A DNA stretch of 36,073 nt, taken from an uncultured Candidatus Saccharibacteria bacterium. Lineage in GTDB: Bacteria; Patescibacteriota; Minisyncoccia; Phycocordibacterales; Phycocordibacteraceae. The notes below the pieces were generated by a model. It made no database searches. It had not been told where the DNA came from and saw only the letters and a list, made by a program, of their open reading frames with translations. The stretch is from positions 1 to 36,073 of the forward strand of contig CAYHUS010000001.1 of the NCBI GenBank assembly GCA_964359715.1, in the 5' to 3' direction. Of the stretch, positions 8,203 through 16,761 are shown in pieces; positions within the stretch are counted from its first letter, which is position 1, and each line of letters begins with the position of its first letter. The translations under genes were made by a program, and so were the position numbers.

Positions 8203-8231
8203 AGGGTAACATAGTATTTACTTGATGTCAA
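8203..8231 (-). promoter_or_regulatory. promoter TTGACA-N17-TACCCT, 6 nt upstream of ATG 8196
   Basis: Minus strand reads TTGACAtcaagtaaatactatgtTACCCTcatttgATG. The -35 lies 7 nt after the fmt stop. Confidence 0.5.
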
Positions 8232-8237
8232 GTTGCC

Positions 8238-9098
8238 CTAACCTGCACGGAGGTAATCCTCATAGGACATCTCGCGCTTGCCCTCAGGGGTAACGCGGAG
8301 AATGGTGAACTCGCCATTCTCGTACTTTGCCTCGTTTACTTTGACGCGAATAGTCTTGCCAAGGCGCTCTACTACAAAGTACGTCCCTGGCCACTCATCA
8401 TACGCGCAGTACTTAAGGTAGTTTTTGTACGGGTCAGCCTTGGGGTCAAGGTGCCCATCCTCTTTTTTCATAAACGTGGTAGTCGTTGCCTTCTCATGGT
8501 CCTGCGGCTCGGGGGTAATGGTGCCCGCAATAAAGTCTGGTAGTACCTCGACCAAAAGCGAGCCACCCTCTGCCCACAGTATGTCTTCTAAGGTGGTGGT
8601 CTTTACTGGCCATGGGTCTGGAGTAATACGAGCCTGTGCCACGATGGGACCGTGATCCATCTGGTCGTCCATTAAAAGTATTGTGACGCCCACCTCTCGT
8701 TCATCGCCAAGTATCTGTGACTCAATGGGCGAGGGGCCACGAAACCGAGGCAAGAGTGACGGGTGGACATTGAGCGCCCCTAGGCGAGGGAGGTCTACCA
8801 GCTCTTTTGGCAAAATTTTGCCATATCCAGCAACAACAAAAAGATCCCACTCAGAATTTTTAATAAGATCCAGCTCTGGCGAGCTTTTTTTTAAACTCTC
8901 AGGTTGTATGACAGATAGGCTATGCTCTAATGACCACTCTTTAATAGGTGATTGAGTAACTGCAAGTCCGCGCCCCGCGGGCCTGTCAGGTGTGGTCACC
9001 ACAGCAGTAGGAGCGTAACCAGCAGTAACTAGGGCTTCCAATACAAACACAGAGAACCTCGGTGTCCCAAAGTACAGTATCGAGAGCGGTTTACTCAT
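8238..9098 (-). CDS. fmt: methionyl-tRNA formyltransferase
   Basis: ILYFGTPRFSV..., TTPDRPAGRG and NVHPSLLPRFRGPSPIESQIL. 8-nt overlap with def. Confidence 0.9.
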   Translation of the reverse strand: MSKPLSILYFGTPRFSVFVLEALVTAGYAPTAVVTTPDRPAGRGLAVTQSPIKEWSLEHSLSVIQPESLKKSSPELDLIKNSEWDLFVVAGYGKILPKELVDLPRLGALNVHPSLLPRFRGPSPIESQILGDEREVGVTILLMDDQMDHGPIVAQARITPDPWPVKTTTLEDILWAEGGSLLVEVLPDFIAGTITPEPQDHEKATTTTFMKKEDGHLDPKADPYKNYLKYCAYDEWPGTYFVVERLGKTIRVKVNEAKYENGEFTILRVTPEGKREMSYEDYLRAG

Positions 9099-9633
9099 GT
9101 GGGCGTGAATGTATGTCGGTCGCGTGGTCTATAAATAGAATACCGTCAAGATGTTCGCACTCGTGTTCAAAAATCTCAGCCAAAACGTCTGCACCGCCCC
9201 GTTCAAATTTTTTACCCGTTTCATCTTGTGCACGTACAGTCACTTTTATGCTTCGAGTCACGGTGCCATATACCTCGGGGACAGAGAGACACCCCTCGCC
9301 CTCGATAGCTACTTTCTTTTTTGATCTTCGAATTATGCTCGGGTTGATAAATGCCTTATCTTCTACTTTGTCTGCACCGACATCGTCTCTCCGCATATTG
9401 GCGAGCACAAAGCCGCGAACGAGAAATATGCGTTTTGAGACGCCAATCTGGGGCGCCGCGATCCCTACGCCATAGGGCTCATCGCGAAGTGCCTTGCTCA
9501 TGGTCGCGATGAGCGCTTTTAGCTCTTTGCCATTGAACTCTGAAGGCTCCACAGCTTTTGCAGTGGCTCGAAGTACTGGGTCACCCTCGACAACAATGTG
9601 GTGCGAGTGGGGAGTGCCAATGGAATGGCTCAT
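9091..9633 (-). CDS. def: peptide deformylase
   Basis: All three Def motifs are present: GVGIAAPQIG, EGCLSVP, HECEHLDG. The first ATG is at 9633. The ORF extends to a TTG at 9672 that overlaps priA. Confidence 0.9.
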   Translation of the reverse strand: MSHSIGTPHSHHIVVEGDPVLRATAKAVEPSEFNGKELKALIATMSKALRDEPYGVGIAAPQIGVSKRIFLVRGFVLANMRRDDVGADKVEDKAFINPSIIRRSKKKVAIEGEGCLSVPEVYGTVTRSIKVTVRAQDETGKKFERGGADVLAEIFEHECEHLDGILFIDHATDIHSRPHE

Positions 9634-9649
9634 AGACTTGACTATTTTA

Positions 9650-11545
9650 CTATACGATGTCCTCTGGATCAACTATGACGCGGATATCACGTGGCAGTGA
9701 ATCCAGTTCTTGTGAGAGCACCTCGTCTGGCCATGAGTGTGGGTTGATGCGTAGCGTCGCACGCTGTTCAAGGCGGCCTCGGTCGATAATCTCGGGTGGA
9801 AGCGGGCCAACTAAATCTCTGTGCGCAAATGTTTTGGCGATGTGGTCTGCTGTGTCTTTGCACTGAGACTCTGTTCCAGTCCAGAAAAGTGAAATAAAGA
9901 GCGAAAATGGCGGATACCCATATGAACTTCGAAGCTCAAGCTCATCACGATAGTAGTCAGCGATGTTGCCTGAGGCGATAGCACGGATCACCGGATTGTC
10001 AGGCTTGCGCGTCTCGATAATAAGCGATTCGAGCGCCTTGGTGCGAAGCGCTGAGAGCGTCTGAAGCGCGTACTCGCCAGCGCGCCACGCAGGCAGAGAG
10101 AGCGTGGTATCTATTGATGCAACTACTACCTGCTCAATAGGTTCTGTGAGGTAGGGGAGCATCCGCTCGGTGCCTACCATGATGGCGCCTTCTGTATCAT
10201 AAAAATTCTGTGAAAGCTTAAGCGCTGCCTTGTGGCTCGGGGTCGTGTCTTTGGTAAAAGTGATCACTGCAGATTTGGGGAACTCGCGCTTCACGTACTC
10301 GACCACCCGATCAACGCCTATGCCGAGCGTGACAAGATTCCAACTGCCGCAGGTGCGACAGACTGTGTGCGATGGGACAAGCGCTCCCGTCTGCCTAGAC
10401 ACAAACATATTTCCCGTCGGTGTTTTGATAAGCGTCATGGGAGTGCCGGTCGTCGGGTCGGTAACCGGAGTGCCACAGTCGTTGCAGACGGTGAGTGGAG
10501 CTATGCCTTTTCGCGCAGAAAAAATAGCTACCCGTCCCTTGCGGGCAAGTACTGCACGCACCTCGTCTCTTCCGTTTATAGAGAGTGGAGTGAATGTGCG
10601 TCGTTCTTTTAGCTTTGCATCATGGGCGCGTGTGTCGATGACGGTGACGAGTTGTGCCCCTGCAGGGCGAACTTGAGCACGAATAAGTTCTTCTGCAGTG
10701 TGTGCGTCAAGACGTGCTCGCGTCTCGACGCGCACAGGATAGTCTGCCAACACCAAACGTGCTCCAGCTTCACGGGCTACGTACTCGGCAGCAAGCCTCA
10801 GTGAAAGAGGTGGGATGTGCCGAGTTATGTAACTGCGAGCGCTCTCACGCTCGACAATGACTACGTCAAGATTGGGCACAGGGACCGAGAGTGCGGGAGG
10901 TGTACCAATAACTAACATTGGCGTGGTGGCTGTCACCACGCGCTCCCACGCTGCGCGAAGCTTTTTAGGAGTGAGCGCGCTGGTGAGGACCACAACGCTC
11001 TCTTCTATGCCGCGTGACAATTCTTTAGCTAGTGCATCAACTTCTACAAGCGAGGGAGCGATGAGCGTGAGGGATCGGCCTCGTGCAAATGTCTCTCGGG
11101 TTAGATTTTTGTATGCACCTATACGCCCCTCGGGTTCGGCTTGAAGTATGAGAACCTCGGGTGGTGTGTCACGTTGAGTCTCGCTTTGATTTTGGAGTTC
11201 AGGAAGCTTGCGCGCGACGCTTAGAAGCGAGGTAAAGGTAAGCTCGGCAAGCACGGCGCCGAGCGGCACACGGTAAAACACAGAAACGCGTTCGAGCGCT
11301 CGAATGAGGTAGGGTGCGACTACTAAGCGTGCGTGCCCGCTTATTTTTTTTAACGTAAACCGTGTCGACTTTAGTGCAAGCTTGTCTTCTGCGGCGCTGT
11401 GAGACGACAACACAAGACAGGGCTGTACTCTTTTACGAATCTCAGCTTGCACTATTGACCCTGCTTGGATAGCGTCGCGTGAGAAAAAGGTGAGTTCGTC
11501 AAGCGGTACCCCTCGAGCTATGGGGGAGACTCGAACTGTAAACAT
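9650..11545 (-). CDS. priA: primosomal protein N' (PriA) homolog with degenerate ATPase motifs
   Basis: Has an N-terminal 3'-DNA-binding-like region, a CxxC...CxxC insertion (CNDCGTP...CRTCGS) and a PriA-like C-terminus. The start is set at ATG 11545 (MFTVRVSPIARG), which is preceded by TGcTACACT-6 nt. Confidence 0.8.
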   Translation of the reverse strand: MFTVRVSPIARGVPLDELTFFSRDAIQAGSIVQAEIRKRVQPCLVLSSHSAAEDKLALKSTRFTLKKISGHARLVVAPYLIRALERVSVFYRVPLGAVLAELTFTSLLSVARKLPELQNQSETQRDTPPEVLILQAEPEGRIGAYKNLTRETFARGRSLTLIAPSLVEVDALAKELSRGIEESVVVLTSALTPKKLRAAWERVVTATTPMLVIGTPPALSVPVPNLDVVIVERESARSYITRHIPPLSLRLAAEYVAREAGARLVLADYPVRVETRARLDAHTAEELIRAQVRPAGAQLVTVIDTRAHDAKLKERRTFTPLSINGRDEVRAVLARKGRVAIFSARKGIAPLTVCNDCGTPVTDPTTGTPMTLIKTPTGNMFVSRQTGALVPSHTVCRTCGSWNLVTLGIGVDRVVEYVKREFPKSAVITFTKDTTPSHKAALKLSQNFYDTEGAIMVGTERMLPYLTEPIEQVVVASIDTTLSLPAWRAGEYALQTLSALRTKALESLIIETRKPDNPVIRAIASGNIADYYRDELELRSSYGYPPFSLFISLFWTGTESQCKDTADHIAKTFAHRDLVGPLPPEIIDRGRLEQRATLRINPHSWPDEVLSQELDSLPRDIRVIVDPEDIV

Positions 11546-11551
11546 GCAAGC

Positions 11552-11560
11552 AGTGTAGCA
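11552..11560 (-). promoter_or_regulatory. extended -10 TGcTACACT, 6 nt upstream of the priA ATG
   Basis: Minus strand reads gtgttTTGcTACACTgcttgcATG. There is no good -35. Confidence 0.4.
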
Positions 11561-11595
11561 AAACACAGCTTGCAGCTTTGCTTTAAACAGGAGAA

Positions 11596-12186
11596 TTACT
11601 TAACGAAAAAGTCAATACCAGCTCGAAGAGCGCGCCCCATGCCATACCAGAAGGTAGTTCCAATTGTGGTGACTACGCCCATCAATAGACTTGCAACAAA
11701 TGGGGAGATTGGGGATCCAACAATTGATGCGAGAATGTACGCAGGTGGAAATACAAACGTGGTAAATGCTGCAAGCGACAGGCCAACAAATGCTCCTGCG
11801 ATGACTGCCTTACCAAAGAAAGCAGAGAACGGAGTTTTACTTAGGCCATGGTACATACCGTATCCTGAAGAAAATATCTGAAAAAGAAACGGAACATTAA
11901 AAATGTATCCAGCAAGTATTCCTGCTGGAAAGGCCCCAACAATTTTGTCAATTATAGTGCTTGGATTTTTATGTTCTTGGGGCTGTATGTCGCGACCAGA
12001 AAAAAGTGGTATGACTCGCTCGGTTCTGACTGAAACGCCTGCAGCATCTAGTCCCTTGCGCGCAAGAGACTCAACCGGTGCCTCTTCGATATCATTTGAA
12101 AATGCTACTTTATTTTCTATGCGTGGAGCTTGTTCTGAAGCAAGCGCTTTGCCTTGCTTTTCACGAGAATCTTTCATGTATCGCAT
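11596..12186 (-). CDS. hypothetical membrane protein (ORF extends to TTG 12213; preferred start is ATG 12186)
   Basis: Soluble N-terminal half and a C-terminal half with 3-4 TM helices. A perfect TATAAT lies 6 nt upstream of ATG 12186 (MRYMKDSREK). Confidence 0.55.
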   Translation of the reverse strand: MRYMKDSREKQGKALASEQAPRIENKVAFSNDIEEAPVESLARKGLDAAGVSVRTERVIPLFSGRDIQPQEHKNPSTIIDKIVGAFPAGILAGYIFNVPFLFQIFSSGYGMYHGLSKTPFSAFFGKAVIAGAFVGLSLAAFTTFVFPPAYILASIVGSPISPFVASLLMGVVTTIGTTFWYGMGRALRAGIDFFVK

Positions 12187-12192
12187 AGTATC

Positions 12193-12198
12193 ATTATA
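12193..12198 (-). promoter_or_regulatory. -10 box TATAAT, 6 nt upstream of ATG 12186
   Basis: Minus strand reads gttaTATAATgatactATGcga. Confidence 0.45.
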
Positions 12199-12256
12199 TA
12201 ACACCGTTGTCAATACTTTAAAAACCCTCTCGCTAGTGGGTTAAACTGAGGTAGTT

Positions 12257-13525
12257 ATGCAGTCATTTGTGATACAGGGGGCTGGGGGAGGACGACCACT
12301 CAAGGGGTCGGTACGAGTTGGCGGGATGAAAAACGCAGTACTCCCTATTATGGCAGCGGCAACAGTCGTTGATGAGGTCACCGAGCTCTCAAATGTACCG
12401 AGCATATCTGATGTTGGCGCACTCGCCTCGATGATAGAGCTTTTGGGCGGTGTCACTGACAGGCGCGGCGATAGATTAACGATCGACGCACGTACGATTT
12501 TGAAAACAGAACTTGATGACACGCTGGCAAAAAAGATGCGTGCGTCAGTGTTACTGACGGGGCCTTTGCTCGCACGATTGGGGTCAGTGACCTTTCCGCA
12601 CCCTGGGGGATGCGTGCTCGGCTCGCGGCCAATAGATGTGTTTGTAAACGGCTTTAAGAAACTTGGTGCTGAGTATGCCGAGACCGAGGAGTCCTACACG
12701 CTTACAGCACCCAATGGACTCAGGGGAGGGAGCATATTTTTTCGCCTTCCATCTGTCACTGCAACTGAAACATTCATGACTGCGGCAACTTTGGCAAGGG
12801 GTACGGTCACCTTGTACAACGCCGCGATGGAACCCGAGGTCGTTGCTGTCGCCGACTTTTTGAGAGCTGCAGGCGCTGATATTGAAGGCGCGGGCTCGCC
12901 AACTATAACTATTCGGCCATCGCCGCTTCGCGCACCAAGCTCTCCTGTACCTATAATTCCAGATCGCATTGAGGCGGGTTCATTTATGATTCTTGGTGCT
13001 TTAGCGGGAGACGGTGTGACTGTGTTCAATATCGACCCGAGCCATCTGAGCGCAGTGATAGATGCTCTGGAGTCAATGAATGTTCCGCTTGATGTGGGGG
13101 ATACATCTATCACGGTGCACGCGCCAGCACACTTGAGACCCTATGAATTAAAAACACACGAACACCCTGGGTATCCTACTGATCTTCAAGCGCCGATGGG
13201 AGTTTTGATGACGCAGGCCGAGGGAGAGAGCGCCATTATCGAAACTATTTTTGATGGACGATTAAACTATACGAGCGACTTGGTGAGAATGGGTGCTGAT
13301 ATTCAGCTTTGGCACCCACACAAAGCCACGGTGCGAGGGAGAACCATGCTTAAGGGTAGAGAGATTGATGGACCTGACATTCGCGCGGGGCTCGCGTTTA
13401 TACTTGCGGGCATTGCTGCAGAAGGTGAGACAAAAGTGGGGAATGCGCACCTTGTTGACCGCGGGTATGAACACATTGAAGAGCGCCTCCAATCGCTCGG
13501 TGCATCTATTGTCCGTATTTCTTAG
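12257..13525 (+). CDS. murA: UDP-N-acetylglucosamine 1-carboxyvinyltransferase
   Basis: Full-length MurA with the active-site Cys context PHPGGCVLGSRPID. GAGG lies 5 nt before the ATG, so this gene is Shine-Dalgarno-led. Confidence 0.92.
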   Translation: MQSFVIQGAGGGRPLKGSVRVGGMKNAVLPIMAAATVVDEVTELSNVPSISDVGALASMIELLGGVTDRRGDRLTIDARTILKTELDDTLAKKMRASVLLTGPLLARLGSVTFPHPGGCVLGSRPIDVFVNGFKKLGAEYAETEESYTLTAPNGLRGGSIFFRLPSVTATETFMTAATLARGTVTLYNAAMEPEVVAVADFLRAAGADIEGAGSPTITIRPSPLRAPSSPVPIIPDRIEAGSFMILGALAGDGVTVFNIDPSHLSAVIDALESMNVPLDVGDTSITVHAPAHLRPYELKTHEHPGYPTDLQAPMGVLMTQAEGESAIIETIFDGRLNYTSDLVRMGADIQLWHPHKATVRGRTMLKGREIDGPDIRAGLAFILAGIAAEGETKVGNAHLVDRGYEHIEERLQSLGASIVRIS

Positions 13526-13528
13526 TGA

Positions 13529-14116
13529 TTATTCTCTTCCCTTAAATAGAGCAACAATTGAACGAGCATTTGCCCCGATAAGAAGTGCCATTGCCGCAGA
13601 AAGAAATATCGACCCAGCTATGACTGCAGGTACAGTGCCCGCAAAAAGAAGTGGCCAAAACATTGACCCTGCGTTATAGAGGCACCATGCAGAAAGCAAG
13701 GATATCATCAGCGAATAGCCGCTTAGGTGCCGCGGTTCATATTTAATTGATTGTATAAACCTGCCAAGTGCAAATCCGGCAAATGCTGGAAGCAGTAGAT
13801 ACGGGAGAACGTTGGTTGAAAAAAATACTAGGGCAATTGACGAAGCCAGCGAAAGCATTCCTTCGGCACGAAGCCTTCTATACTCTTTTGGTACTTTCGG
13901 GACTTCTACTGCAGGAGGTGTGTCAACAGTTCCATTCGATGCAAAACGCACCTCTGAAGCTATGAAAGGAAGACTGAATTCTTTACCAACCAGCGTAGGT
14001 AGTACTACGTGATTAAGTGGGACTCGTTCAGTCGAATTAAGTAATTGTATCTCCTGAGGCGGTGCTTTTTCTCTACGCATGTCGCCCAGCATGCTCTGCA
14101 TGCTGAGAAAAGTCAA
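13529..14116 (-). CDS. hypothetical membrane protein
   Basis: Soluble N-terminal ~90 aa and then 3-4 TM helices. The start is uncertain: TTG at 14116, or ATG at 14080 (MRREKAPPQE) preceded by TTGACT-17-CATGCT-7 nt. Confidence 0.5.
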   Translation of the reverse strand: MTFLSMQSMLGDMRREKAPPQEIQLLNSTERVPLNHVVLPTLVGKEFSLPFIASEVRFASNGTVDTPPAVEVPKVPKEYRRLRAEGMLSLASSIALVFFSTNVLPYLLLPAFAGFALGRFIQSIKYEPRHLSGYSLMISLLSAWCLYNAGSMFWPLLFAGTVPAVIAGSIFLSAAMALLIGANARSIVALFKGRE

Positions 14117-14125
14117 ACGCTACTT

Positions 14126-14557
14126 TTAGTTTCGAAAAGAGAGGTGTATTGCCAGTGCAAGTGCCGCGCTAATGGCAGCTGCAGCAAGTGCAACCGTGAA
14201 GACTCCAAACTGAGGAGCTGCGGGGAGGAGGGCAAAGAGCATGGGGGACAAAAACACAGCAAGAGTTCCAGCCATAACACCGGCAGTGGCAGCAATGAGG
14301 ACACCTCGTAAAAATCTAAATGTTGAGCCGATCAACTTTCCAGCCCCATCTGCGCCGCGTTTATCAGCATCGCTTACCTCAAAAATACTTTGCGCAACGG
14401 TTGGCTTCTTCTCTTCTTTGGCGGACTTGGCCTCAACCTTTGGTGGAGCGCTTTCTACCGGTACAGCGACTTGCTCGGGCTTTTTAACCACCTCTTTCTT
14501 TTTTGGCCAGAAGCGCTCTAGTGCGGTCCCGACTCTCTCCCCGATTTTTCCAAACAT
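14126..14557 (-). CDS. hypothetical membrane protein with Lys/Pro-rich N-terminal region
   Basis: 143 aa with a charged KP-rich N-terminal half and two C-terminal Ala/Gly-rich TM helices. It has its own strong promoter. Confidence 0.6.
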   Translation of the reverse strand: MFGKIGERVGTALERFWPKKKEVVKKPEQVAVPVESAPPKVEAKSAKEEKKPTVAQSIFEVSDADKRGADGAGKLIGSTFRFLRGVLIAATAGVMAGTLAVFLSPMLFALLPAAPQFGVFTVALAAAAISAALALAIHLSFRN

Positions 14558-14563
14558 AAAAAT

Positions 14564-14592
14564 AGTATACTACTTAACACACACTATGTCAA
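14564..14592 (-). promoter_or_regulatory. consensus promoter TTGACA-N17-TATACT, 6 nt upstream of ATG 14557
   Basis: Minus strand reads TTGACAtagtgtgtgttaagtagTATACTatttttATG. The -35 starts 3 nt after the stop of the 684-aa gene. Confidence 0.7.
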
Positions 14593-14594
14593 TA

Positions 14595-16649
14595 TCACTC
14601 AAATCTAGCACGTACGCGCTCTACCACCCCACCTATCCACCAGTATGCACGGCGTAGTGGCAGTGGCGCGCTATCAAAGATACGCTCACCCATAGAGACT
14701 GGCTCACGAGGGGAATAATTTTTTGCAAAAATCTCGACATCTGATGCTTTAACCAATCCGTATTCTACAAATCTCTTGCCTTGTAGACGAATAGCTGCCG
14801 CACCACGTTCTTTATCCACCATCTCTTCTGAAAGCGAGTGCTTGTAGCTTATGAGAAAAGATTGTGAGTATCTCGCAAGCTCTTTATTTTGTCTTAGAAA
14901 TGTTTGTACATTAAATTGTAGTGGCTCGTGTGCCTCTTTTTCAAGGTGGGAGACTATGGTGAAAAAACGATTAGCTATCGAGGTGTATCCTGCTGGAAGT
15001 GTGTCACCGCTTTTATCAAATTGGCGTCGTAGAGAGTTACCAATGATCACTCCTATTCTCCACCCAACAGTCCGGTTATCCCACGTCACATCAGTTAGGA
15101 AGAGTCCAGCTTGGTGTGCGTAGCGGATTGCATGTACCGCGTTAGTAATGTTTAAACCTTTTTCAGACTCGTCTCTAAATAGCTCGACTATGTCCCACGC
15201 GACGGGGAAGGTGAGTTCGAATACGTCCTTGGTGTCTTCAGTCGTGAGCTTGCCCTCGGCATACATTTGCTGTCGAGCAATTTTAAACTTGCGAATTCTA
15301 GTATGAAGCTCTGACCACGACTGTGCGCGTCGCTCGATACCATTGACAGGATCTGAGTGTGTGAGTCTCAAATAGTTAGCAAGCTCTTGAAGAGCTGCGC
15401 GCTTCTCCTTTTCTGAAAATCCAGTGATACGTTTTAATGGTCGAGCTTGGTCGAGTGGGATGAGATATTGTCCTTTTCTATTTTCCTCTTCAACCACGCG
15501 GTCGCTTTGATCGCTTGCCTCAATTGGCTTTGTCTCAACTATCTTTACGGGATCAGGTTCTGGCTCTGGCTCAGTTTCTGGCTGTGCGGGCTCTGTTGTA
15601 GGCTCAGTCTTTTTTGGTTCTATCGTAGGTTCTGTCTTTGGCTTTGTCTTTGGTTTTATTTCGGGTTTTGCTGGTTGAGGGTCTGGTTTTACTGGCTCCT
15701 CAGTCTTTGGTTTCGGTGCGACTTCTGGTTCGGGCTCTGCTTCTGGTTGAGGTTGTGGTGTAACCTCTGGCTGAGGTTGTGGTGTGACCTCTGGCTGAGG
15801 TGTTTTTGGTTCTGGCTGTGGCTCTGGTGTTACCGTGGGTGTTTTGGGCGCAGGGGTAGTGTCAGGCACGTCAGGCCTAAGTGGTACAGGGTGTGGCGGC
15901 TCTAAGACCTGTGGTGTCTCAGGTTTAGGAACAAGCGGTTTGTCCTTTGATGTGTGATCTCGCTTATAACGATGAGCATATACCTGCTCGAGTACAGAGT
16001 TCGGCTTTACGTGGGTAGTCTCTGCAAGCTCGCTTAATACTTGGGCACGTATCTCATCTGGCGTCTCTGGCGTAATGCCAAGTGCCTCAAATGTGTCAGT
16101 AATTATGTCTGTGTCAAATCGATATGACTGAGACGCGATGCCGAGCGCTGTGCCTCTCGACGCCTTTTTCTCTAAAGCCTCGCTGTAGAGAGACTCAAAC
16201 TCTTGCGCATACACCAAAAGTACTTCGCCAACAGGGAACGAGGTCTGTGGAGCGCTCTCTGAAACTGCGATTGCAAAAGACTCAGCTCCTTCAAGGTACG
16301 CCTTTATAAATTCAGCTTTTGCTTTTGCCCTCTCTTCTTTTGGATATCCTTTGGCATGTTGGTCAGCGCGAGCCTCGAGCACTGCGCGATTGCGCGGGTC
16401 ATTTAATTTCTCTCGCACGGCAGTACGAATATTTTTTCTGTTTTCAGGTTCGTCTGGTCGCTCAGTGGGGATGTATGCAAGTTCAGGCCACAGGTTTCTT
16501 GCCCGTATGATTTGTTCGCGCACAGTAAGAGCCTCAGTGTTCTGAGTAGTGCGCGTGTCTAGTGAAGCCCGAGTTGAGGATTCAGCCATGTGCCAATTAT
16601 ACCACATTTTGGCATAAATTGCAACACGTTTTCCTGCTTCTTGTGTCAT
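14595..16649 (-). CDS. hypothetical 684-aa protein with a central ~130-aa Pro/Glu/Lys-rich linker
   Basis: Long ORF. A low-complexity (EP)n/(KP)n-like segment at about 15525..15941 separates two unrecognised globular regions. GGAG lies 9 nt before the ATG. Confidence 0.7.
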   Translation of the reverse strand: MTQEAGKRVAIYAKMWYNWHMAESSTRASLDTRTTQNTEALTVREQIIRARNLWPELAYIPTERPDEPENRKNIRTAVREKLNDPRNRAVLEARADQHAKGYPKEERAKAKAEFIKAYLEGAESFAIAVSESAPQTSFPVGEVLLVYAQEFESLYSEALEKKASRGTALGIASQSYRFDTDIITDTFEALGITPETPDEIRAQVLSELAETTHVKPNSVLEQVYAHRYKRDHTSKDKPLVPKPETPQVLEPPHPVPLRPDVPDTTPAPKTPTVTPEPQPEPKTPQPEVTPQPQPEVTPQPQPEAEPEPEVAPKPKTEEPVKPDPQPAKPEIKPKTKPKTEPTIEPKKTEPTTEPAQPETEPEPEPDPVKIVETKPIEASDQSDRVVEEENRKGQYLIPLDQARPLKRITGFSEKEKRAALQELANYLRLTHSDPVNGIERRAQSWSELHTRIRKFKIARQQMYAEGKLTTEDTKDVFELTFPVAWDIVELFRDESEKGLNITNAVHAIRYAHQAGLFLTDVTWDNRTVGWRIGVIIGNSLRRQFDKSGDTLPAGYTSIANRFFTIVSHLEKEAHEPLQFNVQTFLRQNKELARYSQSFLISYKHSLSEEMVDKERGAAAIRLQGKRFVEYGLVKASDVEIFAKNYSPREPVSMGERIFDSAPLPLRRAYWWIGGVVERVRARFE
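15743..15800. repeat. 24-bp tandem repeat, about 2.4 copies, inside the Pro-rich linker
   Basis: ctggttgaggttgtggtgtaacct / ctggctgaggttgtggtgtgacct / ctggctgagg. On the minus strand it encodes PEVTPQPQ twice. Confidence 0.8.
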
Positions 16650-16713
16650 GGGTTCTTACTCCATGCGCCTTCATGTGGTAGTGAAAAGCCACAAAATGGC
16701 CTTTTACAGCAAC

Positions 16714-16747
16714 AAAAAAACCGCCCCTTAGACAAGCCTTAGGACGG
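16714..16747 (-). terminator. possible rho-independent terminator after the Gly-zipper gene
   Basis: Minus strand reads CCGTCC...GGGGCGG (6 bp including one G-U pair, ~14-nt loop) followed by TTTTTTT. The structure is weak. Confidence 0.35.
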
Positions 16748-16761
16748 CAGTTTTGTGATGA

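Noticed and set aside
12193-12213. Perfect TTGACA and TATAAT on the minus strand upstream of the 205-aa ORF, read as a single promoter
   Set aside because: The two hexamers are only 9 nt apart, so they cannot act as a -35/-10 pair. Only the TATAAT (6 nt from ATG 12186) is retained.
15447-15905. 152-aa Trp/Leu/Cys/Phe-rich ORF on the plus strand
   Set aside because: It is the antisense reading of the Pro/Glu/Lys repeat region of the 684-aa gene. Its low-complexity composition is an artefact of the repeat.
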